A DNA stretch of 64,000 nt from positions 10,349-74,348 of the forward strand of contig JBDTSL010000003.1 in assembly GCA_039931165.1 (NCBI GenBank), written 5' to 3'. Position 1 is the stretch's first letter; each line of letters opens with the position of its first letter. This document shows positions 1-9,277 of this stretch, piece after piece. The position numbers were made by a program, and so were the translations under genes. This DNA comes from Candidatus Doudnabacteria bacterium. Its GTDB lineage: Bacteria > Patescibacteriota > Doudnabacteria > UBA920 > O2-02-FULL-48-8. The notes beneath the pieces were generated by a model. That model was not told where the DNA came from. It ran no database searches and saw only the letters and a list, made by a program, of their open reading frames with translations.

Positions 1-764
<764 letters not shown>

Positions 765-803
765 AAAAGTATAACGGGGCAAGTATCAAGGGATAAGGAA
801 ACG

Positions 804-834
804 AAAAAGGCTGGCAATTCGCCAGCCTTTTATA
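804..834. terminator. Bidirectional rho-independent terminator between convergent rpoD and the response-regulator gene
   Basis: AAAAAGGCTGGC-aatt-GCCAGCCTTTTAT: perfect 7-bp GC-rich stem flanked by an A-run and a T-run. Confidence 0.7.
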
Positions 835-843
835 TTTGCCCCT

Positions 844-1248
844 TTATACTTTCTGCGCTTTCTTCGCCAGAATTTCTTTGACTTTGGAAAATATTTCTTC
901 GGTTGTGTAGTAGGCCTTGACCATGTACTCGTCGATTTTTAGGTCTTTTGCCCGTTGGATCTCGGACTGGCTGTAAAGATTGCTTAATACTATCACCGAT
1001 GCGTTGGCGACCACAGGATCTGGGTCTTTGCGGATGGTCTCCAGAACCTGGAAGCCGTCCATTTCCGGCAGGCTCAGGTCCAGCAGGACGATGTCGGGTT
1101 TTTCCTTTTTCCAGACTTCCAAAGCTTCCTTGCCGTCAGAGGCCTCTATCACGGTAAAGCCGGGCGTAGCCGACAGTTTGTGGACCATGATCTCCCGCAT
1201 GGTCACGTCGTCTTCGACTGTCAGGATTTTGGTTAGTTTTTCAGCCAT
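844..1248 (-). CDS. Stand-alone response regulator receiver (CheY-like) protein
   Basis: The minus-strand ORF 844..1269 begins with TTG. The internal ATG gives 'MAEKLTKILTVEDD...IVLLDLSLPEMDGFQVL...KAYY', a typical REC-domain N-terminus with the acidic pocket. No output domain and no adjacent kinase. Confidence 0.8.
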   Translation of the reverse strand: MAEKLTKILTVEDDVTMREIMVHKLSATPGFTVIEASDGKEALEVWKKEKPDIVLLDLSLPEMDGFQVLETIRKDPDPVVANASVIVLSNLYSQSEIQRAKDLKIDEYMVKAYYTTEEIFSKVKEILAKKAQKV

Positions 1249-1317
1249 TGGTAGGTTTCTGAAGCTCAATATTGAATATAATAACTTTAACAGAAGTTGA
1301 TTTTTTTGGCAATATTC

Positions 1318-2097
1318 TCACCTTTTGATTTTTTTATCTAACCTTTTAGCTTCTTCCCAGGCCAGGTCGAAGCTATTTTTAAGCATGTCCGCAATTTCTT
1401 GGCTTTCGATAATGATCCCAAAATTATCTTTTGGCGAAACTATAGCAATTTTATCTCCAAATATTCCCATATCGGAAGAAAAATTATATTTGTCTTTTGG
1501 GATCAACACTTGTTCATAAGGCTTATTTGGTTTAACATATTTAACTAGTTCTAGCATTTCTTTTGTTGCAGGACTTATTGCGAACATTTTTATTCCTTTT
1601 TTAGCTCTCTCACTATCTTGGGTCTGAAAATCAGGAACATGTTTGAAAATCTCAGCAGGATTTGCAAAAACTCTGAGTTCTTTCGTTTTTGTTTCCAAAA
1701 GACTCCAATATACTTCTCTGGCGCCATCCTTGCCTTCAAATATTTTTACAATCGGTCTTCGTTTTGTGGCCTTATGTAAAGCCTTGAGCTCAGGTAGGAT
1801 TGATTCTACCTTGGCTTTTATATCTTCCTGTTTTTTAGCGGCTGTTTTGACTGTTTGAAGTAAAATCTCCGGGGAAGCCGCCACGTATCGGCGGACATTT
1901 TTGTCGTCAGAAATTCCTGCTAAACCTTTCTTTTTCAGGGCTTCCAGGACCACATAAGCTGAGCTTCGGTTAATGCCGGAGTGTTCAGCGACCTCAAAAA
2001 CAGTAGCCAATTCAAGCTCCAGAAGGCTTAGATAGATCTTAGCCTCTTTATCCGATAGGCCGGAACCAATGAGTTGTTTAAGCAGGGGAGTGTTCAT
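1318..2097 (-). CDS. TrmB-family transcriptional regulator (N-terminal wHTH plus C-terminal effector domain)
   Basis: 'LSDKEAKIYLSLLELELATVFEVAEHSGINRSSAYVVLEALKKKGL' is a TrmB-type HTH. 259 aa. Confidence 0.75.
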   Translation of the reverse strand: MNTPLLKQLIGSGLSDKEAKIYLSLLELELATVFEVAEHSGINRSSAYVVLEALKKKGLAGISDDKNVRRYVAASPEILLQTVKTAAKKQEDIKAKVESILPELKALHKATKRRPIVKIFEGKDGAREVYWSLLETKTKELRVFANPAEIFKHVPDFQTQDSERAKKGIKMFAISPATKEMLELVKYVKPNKPYEQVLIPKDKYNFSSDMGIFGDKIAIVSPKDNFGIIIESQEIADMLKNSFDLAWEEAKRLDKKIKR

Positions 2098-2190
2098 ATT
2101 TACTGTTAGAGTATAACAACAAGTTGACTTAAACGCAAGCCAGGGCTCAATATTATGCTGTCAGGCATTGACAACAATCATATTCGGACT
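2098..2190. promoter_or_regulatory. Repeated promoter/operator module, copy R1, between divergent trmB-like gene and membrane-protein gene
   Basis: Contains the palindrome TACTGTTAGAGTA (2101-2113, TACT-N5-AGTA, the site type reported for archaeal TrmB). Also the conserved block AACGCAAGCCAGGGCTCAATAT and the palindrome TGTCAGGCATTGACA (2159-2173), which includes TTGACA. Near-identical copies lie at 2800-2898 and 12795-12886. Confidence 0.6.
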
Positions 2191-2293
2191 AATACTTAAA
2201 TGATGTTTGAGGCCCCTTACCCACCCAAAAAAGAAGATTTGCTAAAAACTTGTGTTTTCTGCTAGAGTTAAGTCATAATATAACTTATATTAA

Positions 2294-2695
2294 ATGAAAA
2301 AATCTAAATTGGGTTTTGCGTCAAAACTTATTTTAATTTTTATTGCCGAATTGCTCATCGCCGGGTTTGTGGTTACTCCTTTAACAAAGTTGTTGCTTCC
2401 TAATATTACCGTCGCAGTTAAATCCTGGGTAGCCATTCTGCAGTTGGCTGTGGCCTTGAGCTTAAGTTTAGGTTTGGTTAAATACTTTGTGGAATTCGAC
2501 CCAAAGGAAGGATACAAAATCGGCAAAGTTTTAGTGGTGCTTAATATAGCTCTCGTTTTGGCACAGTTTTTTATTTTAAATCCGCTACCATTAAGATTCA
2601 CTGCCGCTATTTTAATTTTTGATATTGTAAGGTTAATTCTTAGTAGTGCAATTACTTACTATGCTTGCGTGTTTATACTGTCAGAATCTCGTTAA
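2294..2695 (+). CDS. Hypothetical integral membrane protein (4 predicted TM segments)
   Basis: ORF of 133 aa, hydrophobic throughout. No recognisable motif. Confidence 0.45.
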   Translation: MKKSKLGFASKLILIFIAELLIAGFVVTPLTKLLLPNITVAVKSWVAILQLAVALSLSLGLVKYFVEFDPKEGYKIGKVLVVLNIALVLAQFFILNPLPLRFTAAILIFDIVRLILSSAITYYACVFILSESR

Positions 2696-2799
2696 TTTTC
2701 CAGATACCAAAAAAAAATTAAGATTAAAGCGGCATAAAAAAAATGATTGAAAAAATCGTAGTCAGTTATTTAGCATAAGATAGGTTTGATCAAAGGACC

Positions 2800-2898
2800 A
2801 TTCATATTTACTGTTAGAGTATACCAACAAATAGATCGAAACGCAAGCCAGGGCTCAATATTACGCCGTCAAGGATTGACAACAATCGACCTAATGAT
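2800..2898. promoter_or_regulatory. Repeated promoter/operator module, copy R2
   Basis: Carries TACTGTTAGAGTA (2809-2821), the conserved AACGCAAGCCAGGGCTCAATAT block and the palindrome CGTCAAGGATTGACA. It also copies the first ~7 codons of the trmB-like gene on the minus strand (MNGPLIK... then stop), so it arose by duplication of the trmB 5' region. Confidence 0.6.
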
Positions 2899-2903
2899 AA
2901 AAT
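2876..2903 (+). promoter_or_regulatory. Sigma70-like promoter inside R2 driving the GC-rich cassette
   Basis: TTGACA, then 16 nt, then TAAAAT. Confidence 0.5.
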
Positions 2904-3118
2904 CAATTGAAGATATAGTCTCATTCAGATGGCTATGTTTTGTTTATATTTTGTTGATCATCGCAGGAGGATCTTTGGAAGCAATGATGTGGGTGATCTG
3001 AGGCTGGGTTAGGTAAGGACATGGACCCAATCCTGGTCAACTCACGGTCGAACGCGGACACACGCGCTGGTCAATCAGTTGCGTCAGTTGCGCTCACGTC
3101 GGTGTCGAGAGGACAGCA

Positions 3119-3610
3119 ATGCTAAGTCTCAAAGAAACGCTGGGCTATACGAACGACCAAGTACTCAACAAGTTTCGTACGCTGTACGAATTCTCACGGC
3201 CAGACGCCGAAGAGATCGCTCGAGAGACAAACCGATGGCTTTGGCTGAACGCTCGCCTTAAGGCAGACAGAAAAGAAGGACGCCAGAATATCCCGCGCGT
3301 TCTTGTAGTGCATGAAGGGATGGTGGTGCTGGACGAATACTGGCACACTTTCATTCTTCACACGCGCGATTACAGAGAGTTCTGCGATAGCCATCTGGGG
3401 TTTTTCATCCACCACTCCCCATCCTTTCCAGGGTTTCAGCCACCTTCTCAAGAGGAGGCAGAGGAGCAGCTGAATTACATCTGCGACAGAGTCGGCGACG
3501 AAACACTCATCAAGTGGTACGAAGAGTACCCCGTCAGATACTCGGCTGATGTACTGACGAAACTTCAGAGGCCGAAACAGTTCGGCCGGCCCTGTGAGGC
3601 GATTACATGA
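3119..3610 (+). CDS. DUF1399 / glycine-rich-domain-protein (GRDP)-like protein, paralogue 1
   Basis: 'RWLWLNARL...VVLDEYWHTFILHTRDYREFCDSHLGFFIHH' aligns with the paralogue at 12962-13441 ('RFLLLNATHPHIVPTREIDQFWHMHILDTYKYTQDCEDLFGHYLHH'). The W-H-x-H ... Y..DC pattern matches my recollection of Pfam DUF1399. Confidence 0.55.
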   Translation: MLSLKETLGYTNDQVLNKFRTLYEFSRPDAEEIARETNRWLWLNARLKADRKEGRQNIPRVLVVHEGMVVLDEYWHTFILHTRDYREFCDSHLGFFIHHSPSFPGFQPPSQEEAEEQLNYICDRVGDETLIKWYEEYPVRYSADVLTKLQRPKQFGRPCEAIT

Positions 3611-4281
3611 TGAAACAACCCGCAGCGTCACCAGAGCTCTGCGCGTCGCAAGTTCGAGAGCAAATTGATTTGGTGGGGTTCTCGATTGCGGAAGTCGGCG
3701 ATAGGGAAAACTATCTGACAATTTGCGGCATGTTAGGCTGCATTACCGGGACAAGAGATCTCAGTATACAGCCTGACAAGGTCGAGCGGTTTACTGGGTA
3801 TTCGTACAAGCCTGACGAAGTGCCGTTCCACACAGATAACCCGCTTGTCAATATCGTTGGGCTGTTCTGTGTGACGCCTGACGCGATTGGGGGTGAAAAC
3901 CTCCTCATTGATTCTCGGGACATCCTGAAAGAACTGACGGAGCAGGAGCGTGAGTGCCTGAAGCAGGTGCGTGTGCCCCTGCCCAAGAAAGAAGAGTGTC
4001 TCCCAGTTCTAACCGAGATCGATGGTCGGCCTCCGCATGTTTATTGGCTACCGGCGTTCACGTTAGCGATGACGGCGAAACTCGAGAAGGAGTACTCAGA
4101 AGCTGTTAATCGCTTCGACGAAGTGCTTCAAAATCATCGTGCTGCCAAGAGATGTCGTTCGATTCGGCTGAACACTGGTGAGGCGCTTTGGTTTGACAAT
4201 TTCGTCATGTTGCACGGGCGAGACCGACTCGAGGCATCCAGCAAACGGGCCCAAGTGCGGGTTTTCATCAAGTACGTTTGA
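3607..4281 (+). CDS. Fe(II)/2-oxoglutarate-dependent dioxygenase, TauD/TfdA (clavaminate-synthase-like) family
   Basis: 'PFHTDNP' is the HxD iron-binding motif. The C-terminal 'WFDNFVMLHGRDR' is the distal His plus Arg, as in the WDNR...H family motif. ATGA overlap with the upstream gene. Confidence 0.65.
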   Translation: MMKQPAASPELCASQVREQIDLVGFSIAEVGDRENYLTICGMLGCITGTRDLSIQPDKVERFTGYSYKPDEVPFHTDNPLVNIVGLFCVTPDAIGGENLLIDSRDILKELTEQERECLKQVRVPLPKKEECLPVLTEIDGRPPHVYWLPAFTLAMTAKLEKEYSEAVNRFDEVLQNHRAAKRCRSIRLNTGEALWFDNFVMLHGRDRLEASSKRAQVRVFIKYV

Positions 4282-4313
4282 CTGGAAATTTAAAATGGGA
4301 GGAGGTGATTTGC

Positions 4314-4397
4314 GTGACCCGTAAGGAGCGAATCAAGCGCATCGTGAAGAAGCTCAGCGCTAGCGACTGCTCTGCCTGCCAAGGCTGCACTAGCTAG
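4314..4397 (+). CDS. Unlisted 27-aa Cys-rich peptide (VTRKERIKRIVKKLSASDCSACQGCTS), candidate modified-peptide precursor
   Basis: Strong Shine-Dalgarno GGGAGGAGGTGA (4297-4308) lies 8 nt before a GTG start. Basic N-terminal half and a C-terminal core with three Cys and several Ser/Thr. A strong terminator follows immediately. Confidence 0.4.
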   Translation: MTRKERIKRIVKKLSASDCSACQGCTS

Positions 4398-4412
4398 CAT
4401 CGGCGTCGACGG

Positions 4413-4455
4413 TGTATCATGTATGTGAGTATACATGATACACTGTCATTTTTTT
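4413..4455 (+). terminator. Rho-independent terminator ending the GC-rich cassette
   Basis: GTGTATCATGTAT-gtgagt-ATACATGATACAC: perfect 13-bp stem followed by TGTCATTTTTTT. Confidence 0.8.
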
Positions 4456-4475
4456 GCATATTATTTTTTTAATAT

Positions 4476-5063
4476 ATGATCAGTAAGCTAAAAAAAGATT
4501 GGACGGAATATTTTGAGAATACAAAAGAGTACCCACCCTCAAAACTTCTTATTGAGGCTCTTTGCTATGTAAACAATAAACACAAGGCTATAGATATCGG
4601 TGGCGGGGCTCTGAAAGATACCCGTTATTTACTGTCACAAGGTTTTGATACTACAGTAATTGACAAAGAGGATCAAATGGCTACTTTTGCTCGAAAGTTA
4701 AAATCTGATAGATTGCATTATTTTATAACCACTTTTGCCAACTTTGATTTTCCAGAAAATGAGTATGATATTGCCTCGGCTATATATTCATTACCATTTA
4801 ATCTACCTGAAGATTTTGATTATGTTTTAATGAAAGTAAAAAATTCTTTGGTTAAAGGTGGTATTTTTTGTGGGCAATTCTTCGGAGAGCGCGATGATTG
4901 GCATATTAATCCGACAATGACTTTCCACTCAGGGGAAAAAGTTAAGACTTTACTCGCTGATATGAATATTCTTTTATTTGAGGAAAAAGAGTTTAAAGGT
5001 AAAACTGCGAATAATTCTCCTAAATATTGGCATGTGTTTAATGTCATAGCTAGAAAAAAATAG
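4476..5063 (+). CDS. Class I SAM-dependent methyltransferase (TehB/TPMT-like small-molecule methyltransferase)
   Basis: Motif I 'AIDIGGGALKDTRYLLSQGF' and an acidic motif II 'VIDKED'. 195 aa, AT-rich coding. Confidence 0.65.
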   Translation: MISKLKKDWTEYFENTKEYPPSKLLIEALCYVNNKHKAIDIGGGALKDTRYLLSQGFDTTVIDKEDQMATFARKLKSDRLHYFITTFANFDFPENEYDIASAIYSLPFNLPEDFDYVLMKVKNSLVKGGIFCGQFFGERDDWHINPTMTFHSGEKVKTLLADMNILLFEEKEFKGKTANNSPKYWHVFNVIARKK

Positions 5064-5170
5064 AAATATCCTGATTCCTCTTTTTAGACCCTTTTTTTAT
5101 TTGCTTGATTTTTTTGGCAAGATTCAGTAGAATAAATGGGTAAACTAAGAAAATAAGGAAACCAATATAA

Positions 5171-6721
5171 ATGAAAACTATCAATATTGACGGAAAAAGT
5201 TTGGACCTGGATTCAATCCTGTCGGTTTTAAACGATCCCGGTACAAAAGTAAATATCAGCGCCTCGACTCTCAAAAAGATCCAAAAGTCTGCTGATTTTT
5301 TAGGTAAAGAGATAATCAACTCAAAAGTTATTTACGGCATCAATACGGGATTTGGCCCCATGGCCTCTCATCTGATGGCCAGAGATCAGATAGTACAACT
5401 ACAGGAGAACCTGATCAGAAGCCATGCGGTGGGGGTAGGAGACCCTATGCCGGAAAAATTTGTTTTAGCAGCGATGATAATCCGGCTCAACACTTTGGCA
5501 GAAGGATATTCCGGAGCCTCGCAGGAATTGATCCAACAGCTCAAAATTTTCATCAATAAAAGAATAATCCCTGTGATTTTAGAACATGGGGGAGTGGGTG
5601 CCAGCGGCGATTTGGTCCAGCTGGCCCATATTGCTTTGGCTCTGATCGGTGAAGGCAAGGTTAATTATCAGGGAAAGACCCGGCCGACGTCCGATGTTCT
5701 GAAACAGTTGAAGATCAAGCCTTATCAGCTGAGACCGAAGGAAGGACTATCTCTGATTAACGGAACGTCTTTTATGTCCGGTATCGGGTCAGTGATATGC
5801 CATGACAGCGACATGCTTTTGAACTTAGCTATTAAAACCGGCGCGTGGTCTCTGGAACTGGTGAATGGTTATACCGACGGCTTTTCGGAAAAACTACATT
5901 CGTTGCGCCCGCATAAAGGCCAGGTGGCTGTCGCCCGGAAATTGAGGGAACTTTTGGCTAGCTCAAAGTTGCTGAAATCCCGCGAGTTGATAAACAAGCA
6001 GGTTAATCTTGGTTCTGATGTGAAAGAGATCCCGGAGTTTGTCCAGGAAGTTTATTCCATCCGCTGTATCCCGCAAATTTTGGGCCCAATTTACGATACG
6101 CTCCAGAAAACCAAACAGGTCATCGAAACCGAGATTAATTCCGTCACGGACAACCCGATCGTCTATGTGGATAAAAAGACATTCCTGCATGGAGGCAATT
6201 TCCACGGTGATTATATTTCATCCTCATTGGATCAGCTGAAGATGACATTGGTCAGGTTGACCATGCTGTCGGAGAGACGAGTCAACTTTTTTTTAAATCA
6301 CAATGTTAATAGATTTTTGCCCCCATTTATCAATTTAAACAAAATTGGATTAAACTTGGGCTTGCAAGCTCTGCAGTTTCCTGCAACTTCGACTACCGCG
6401 AAAAGCCAAACATTAGCATACCCCCAATATGTCCACTCCATCCCCACGAACGCGGACAACCAGGACATTGTCAGCATGGGCACAGACTCCGCACTTATCA
6501 CTACCCAAGTGGTGGATAATGCTTTTGTGGTTTTGGCTATAGAGTTGGTAACCTTGGCCCAGGCAGTGGATTATCTCAAATATCAAAACAAACTTTCTAA
6601 ATCCTCAAATGAACTTTATAAAGCAGTACGCCGGATCTTGCCCAAGGTTGTGGAAGACCGGATGATCGGATATGACCTAACAATGCTGGTATCAGAAGTA
6701 AAGAAAGGCGTTATAAAATAA
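5171..6721 (+). CDS. MIO-dependent aromatic amino acid ammonia-lyase / aminomutase (HAL/PAL/TAL family)
   Basis: 'HGGVGASGDLVQLAHIALALIGEG' carries the Ala-Ser-Gly triad that forms the MIO cofactor. 'YGINTGFGPMASHL' is also present. 516 aa. Confidence 0.85.
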   Translation: MKTINIDGKSLDLDSILSVLNDPGTKVNISASTLKKIQKSADFLGKEIINSKVIYGINTGFGPMASHLMARDQIVQLQENLIRSHAVGVGDPMPEKFVLAAMIIRLNTLAEGYSGASQELIQQLKIFINKRIIPVILEHGGVGASGDLVQLAHIALALIGEGKVNYQGKTRPTSDVLKQLKIKPYQLRPKEGLSLINGTSFMSGIGSVICHDSDMLLNLAIKTGAWSLELVNGYTDGFSEKLHSLRPHKGQVAVARKLRELLASSKLLKSRELINKQVNLGSDVKEIPEFVQEVYSIRCIPQILGPIYDTLQKTKQVIETEINSVTDNPIVYVDKKTFLHGGNFHGDYISSSLDQLKMTLVRLTMLSERRVNFFLNHNVNRFLPPFINLNKIGLNLGLQALQFPATSTTAKSQTLAYPQYVHSIPTNADNQDIVSMGTDSALITTQVVDNAFVVLAIELVTLAQAVDYLKYQNKLSKSSNELYKAVRRILPKVVEDRMIGYDLTMLVSEVKKGVIK

Positions 6722-6722
6722 A

Positions 6723-7826
6723 ATGTTGGAGCCACCGAGAATATTTAAGGACAAAAAAGATGCTCCGGCGAATGCCAAGGTCATAGACGCATTTTCGTCT
6801 TCACTGACAGAGCTTTTTTTTATTGCTCATCCTCATTTGAAGAAAGGAATGCCGGAGGTGGATGCTGAACTGCAAAAATATCTGGAAGCAAATACGATCC
6901 CGGATATTTGGATTTATTACCCCGAAACAAATACCCTAGTGCGTACCTTGCCGGAAGAGGAATATTTCAGGCTTCGGACGGCAAGAAATAGAGATTTAAT
7001 TTCAGAGCAGGAACAAAACAATTTTCGCAGCATTACCGTGGGCATCGCCGGATTATCGGTTGGGTCGTCGGTGTTAAATATCCTTGTTCTGAGCGGGGGC
7101 CCGAAAGTTCTGAAGATAGCCGATTTTGATACTTTAGAAGTCTCCAATTTAAACCGCATCAGAGCGGGCCTGGCCGATGTTGGCACAAACAAAACCGAGA
7201 TAGCGGCGAGGGAAGTTTGGGAGCTGGACCCTTTTGCACAGCTTAAGCTGTACCACGACGGACTGAACAAGGAAAATATTGAGGAATTTATCTTGGGAGA
7301 ACCTCGACTCGGGGTCTTCGTAGATGCCATGGACAGCATTGATCTTAAAATTTTAGCCAGATTGATATGCAAAAAAAATAAAATTCCCGTGCTTTCTGCT
7401 ACGGATAACGGCGACAGCGTAATTCTGGACATAGAAAGATTTGATCTGGAGCCCGGCCGGGAGATTTTTCACGGGCTGGTTAAAGATATAGAACAATTAG
7501 ACCTGGACCATCTTGATTATAAGTCTTGGCTTAATTTGGCTGCCCAGATAGTTGGCCCGGAATATTTAACCGAGTCAATGCAGGATTCAGTTCTTAAAAT
7601 CGGCAAATCATTGGCCAGCGTCCCGCAGTTAGGCGCCTCTGCGGCAATCGGGGGATCTGCTTGCAGTTTTGCTATCAGAAGGATTGCTAACAAGCAAGCT
7701 CTAAATTCAGGCCGCTCTATCATCAGTCTGGAAGAAAAATTAATCCCAGGGTTCGGCGACCCGGAGAGTGTTTTGTCGAGAAGCACAAAAACAGAACAAT
7801 TTGTCCGATCTTTCGGGCAAAAATAA
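6723..7826 (+). CDS. E1-like / ThiF-MoeB family adenylyltransferase with ~75-aa N-terminal extension
   Basis: 'RTARNRDLI...ITVGIAGLSVGS' is the Rossmann motif. 'KIADFDTLEVSNLNRI' is the canonical DxDxVExSNLNRQ motif. Confidence 0.8.
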   Translation: MLEPPRIFKDKKDAPANAKVIDAFSSSLTELFFIAHPHLKKGMPEVDAELQKYLEANTIPDIWIYYPETNTLVRTLPEEEYFRLRTARNRDLISEQEQNNFRSITVGIAGLSVGSSVLNILVLSGGPKVLKIADFDTLEVSNLNRIRAGLADVGTNKTEIAAREVWELDPFAQLKLYHDGLNKENIEEFILGEPRLGVFVDAMDSIDLKILARLICKKNKIPVLSATDNGDSVILDIERFDLEPGREIFHGLVKDIEQLDLDHLDYKSWLNLAAQIVGPEYLTESMQDSVLKIGKSLASVPQLGASAAIGGSACSFAIRRIANKQALNSGRSIISLEEKLIPGFGDPESVLSRSTKTEQFVRSFGQK

Positions 7827-7827
7827 T

Positions 7828-9267
7828 ATGACGCAAGAAATAAAAAATATACTGAATATTTTTCACACTGCCGCCAGGGAAGTGCCTGCTTACAGAAGTT
7901 TTTTGAAGGCCAATAAGATAGATCCGAAAAAAATAAAAATGTTCGAGGATTTTGAACGCCTGCCGATAATGGATAAACATAATTTTATTCATAAATATCC
8001 GTTTGAGCAGTCGTTCAGCAGAAAAAAAATTCCCGCCATGATCTCCGCTTCATCGGGCTCATCCGGCAAGCCCACATTTTGGCCGCGGGATGATTTACAG
8101 GAGCAGCACGGAGGCGAGATCCACCTGCGGATCTTCAGGGATATTTTCGGCATCAAGCCAGACCAGCCGACCCTGGTAATTGACTGTTTTGCTACCGGCA
8201 TCTGGGTAGCGGGTAATTTTACCCTGTCATCCTGCCGTTACGTCTCGCGCCAGGGGTATAATTTGACCTCCGTAACGCCGGGCATTGAAATAGAGGATAT
8301 CCTCAGCTGTATTAAAATTTTAGGGCCCCATTTTAAAAACGTGATCATAGCCGGATATCCGCCGTTTATGATGGACGTCTTCGTGGAAGCGATCAAAAGG
8401 GGAATTAAAATTCCAAAAAATCTCAAGGTTATGACTTCCGGAGATAAGTTTTCCGAAGAATGGAGAGATGCCGTGTTAAAATTGCTTCATCTGGACGGCT
8501 TGAGTTCTGTCATAAGCGTCTACGGCTGCGCCGACGCGTCATTGCTGGGATTTGAAACTGCCGCGAGCATTTTTTTACGAAGAAAATCCCTTGAGGTTCC
8601 TCAACTTTACCATCGCCTATTCGGTTCCGAAAAATCACTGCCGACTATTTTGCAATACGATCCCAAATACGTATTTTTTGAAGAAAATGGCCAGGAATTG
8701 ATTTTTACCGCCAACACCAGCATCCCTTTGATCCGCTACAATATTCATGATGTGGGAAACGTACTTACTCATCAGGAAGCTGCTGCGATCTTATCCGAAT
8801 ATAAGCTTTTGGAAGAAGCAAATCGTCACGGATTTAAGGATTGGCAGCTGCCGTTTGTGGTAAAAAAGGGACGAACCGATGTCGCGGTAACTTTTTACGC
8901 ATTAAATATTTATCCCGAGGACATCCTAGCCGGAATTGAGGATCGCAGAGTAAAAAAGTTTTTAACTGGAGACTTTTTTTCATACAACCAAGATATCAAG
9001 AACCACAAACAGCAAAAATTGTTCATTAAGCTGCAGCTTTCGCCAAAGACAAAACTTTCCGCAAAAATAAAAGAACTGATAGGCAACAGCATTGTTGAGA
9101 ATTTGAAAAAGACCAGCACCGAGTACCGCAAATTATTTGCAGCTATCGGCAATAGAGCATTGCCAGAAATTTTATTTACCAAAAGCAAGGATTTTAAGAT
9201 CGATCATCACCGAGGCCTGATTGATATTCAAGGGAAAAAACCGAAAGTCACATTGGGGGAAAAATAA
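7828..9267 (+). CDS. PaaK-like adenylate-forming enzyme (phenylacetate-CoA ligase / coenzyme F390 synthetase family)
   Basis: 'ISASSGSSGKPTFWP' is the ANL P-loop, placed near residue 80 as in PaaK. The ORF-track start at 7768 overlaps the upstream gene. The internal ATG at 7828 ('MTQEIKN') abuts the upstream stop. Confidence 0.65.
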   Translation: MTQEIKNILNIFHTAAREVPAYRSFLKANKIDPKKIKMFEDFERLPIMDKHNFIHKYPFEQSFSRKKIPAMISASSGSSGKPTFWPRDDLQEQHGGEIHLRIFRDIFGIKPDQPTLVIDCFATGIWVAGNFTLSSCRYVSRQGYNLTSVTPGIEIEDILSCIKILGPHFKNVIIAGYPPFMMDVFVEAIKRGIKIPKNLKVMTSGDKFSEEWRDAVLKLLHLDGLSSVISVYGCADASLLGFETAASIFLRRKSLEVPQLYHRLFGSEKSLPTILQYDPKYVFFEENGQELIFTANTSIPLIRYNIHDVGNVLTHQEAAAILSEYKLLEEANRHGFKDWQLPFVVKKGRTDVAVTFYALNIYPEDILAGIEDRRVKKFLTGDFFSYNQDIKNHKQQKLFIKLQLSPKTKLSAKIKELIGNSIVENLKKTSTEYRKLFAAIGNRALPEILFTKSKDFKIDHHRGLIDIQGKKPKVTLGEK

Positions 9268-9277
9268 TTAGAACTTT

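Noticed and set aside
2786-3001. 71-aa ORF spanning the R2 regulatory module
   Set aside because: It covers the conserved promoter/operator repeat, has no RBS, and its sequence is not conserved with the other module copies in frame.
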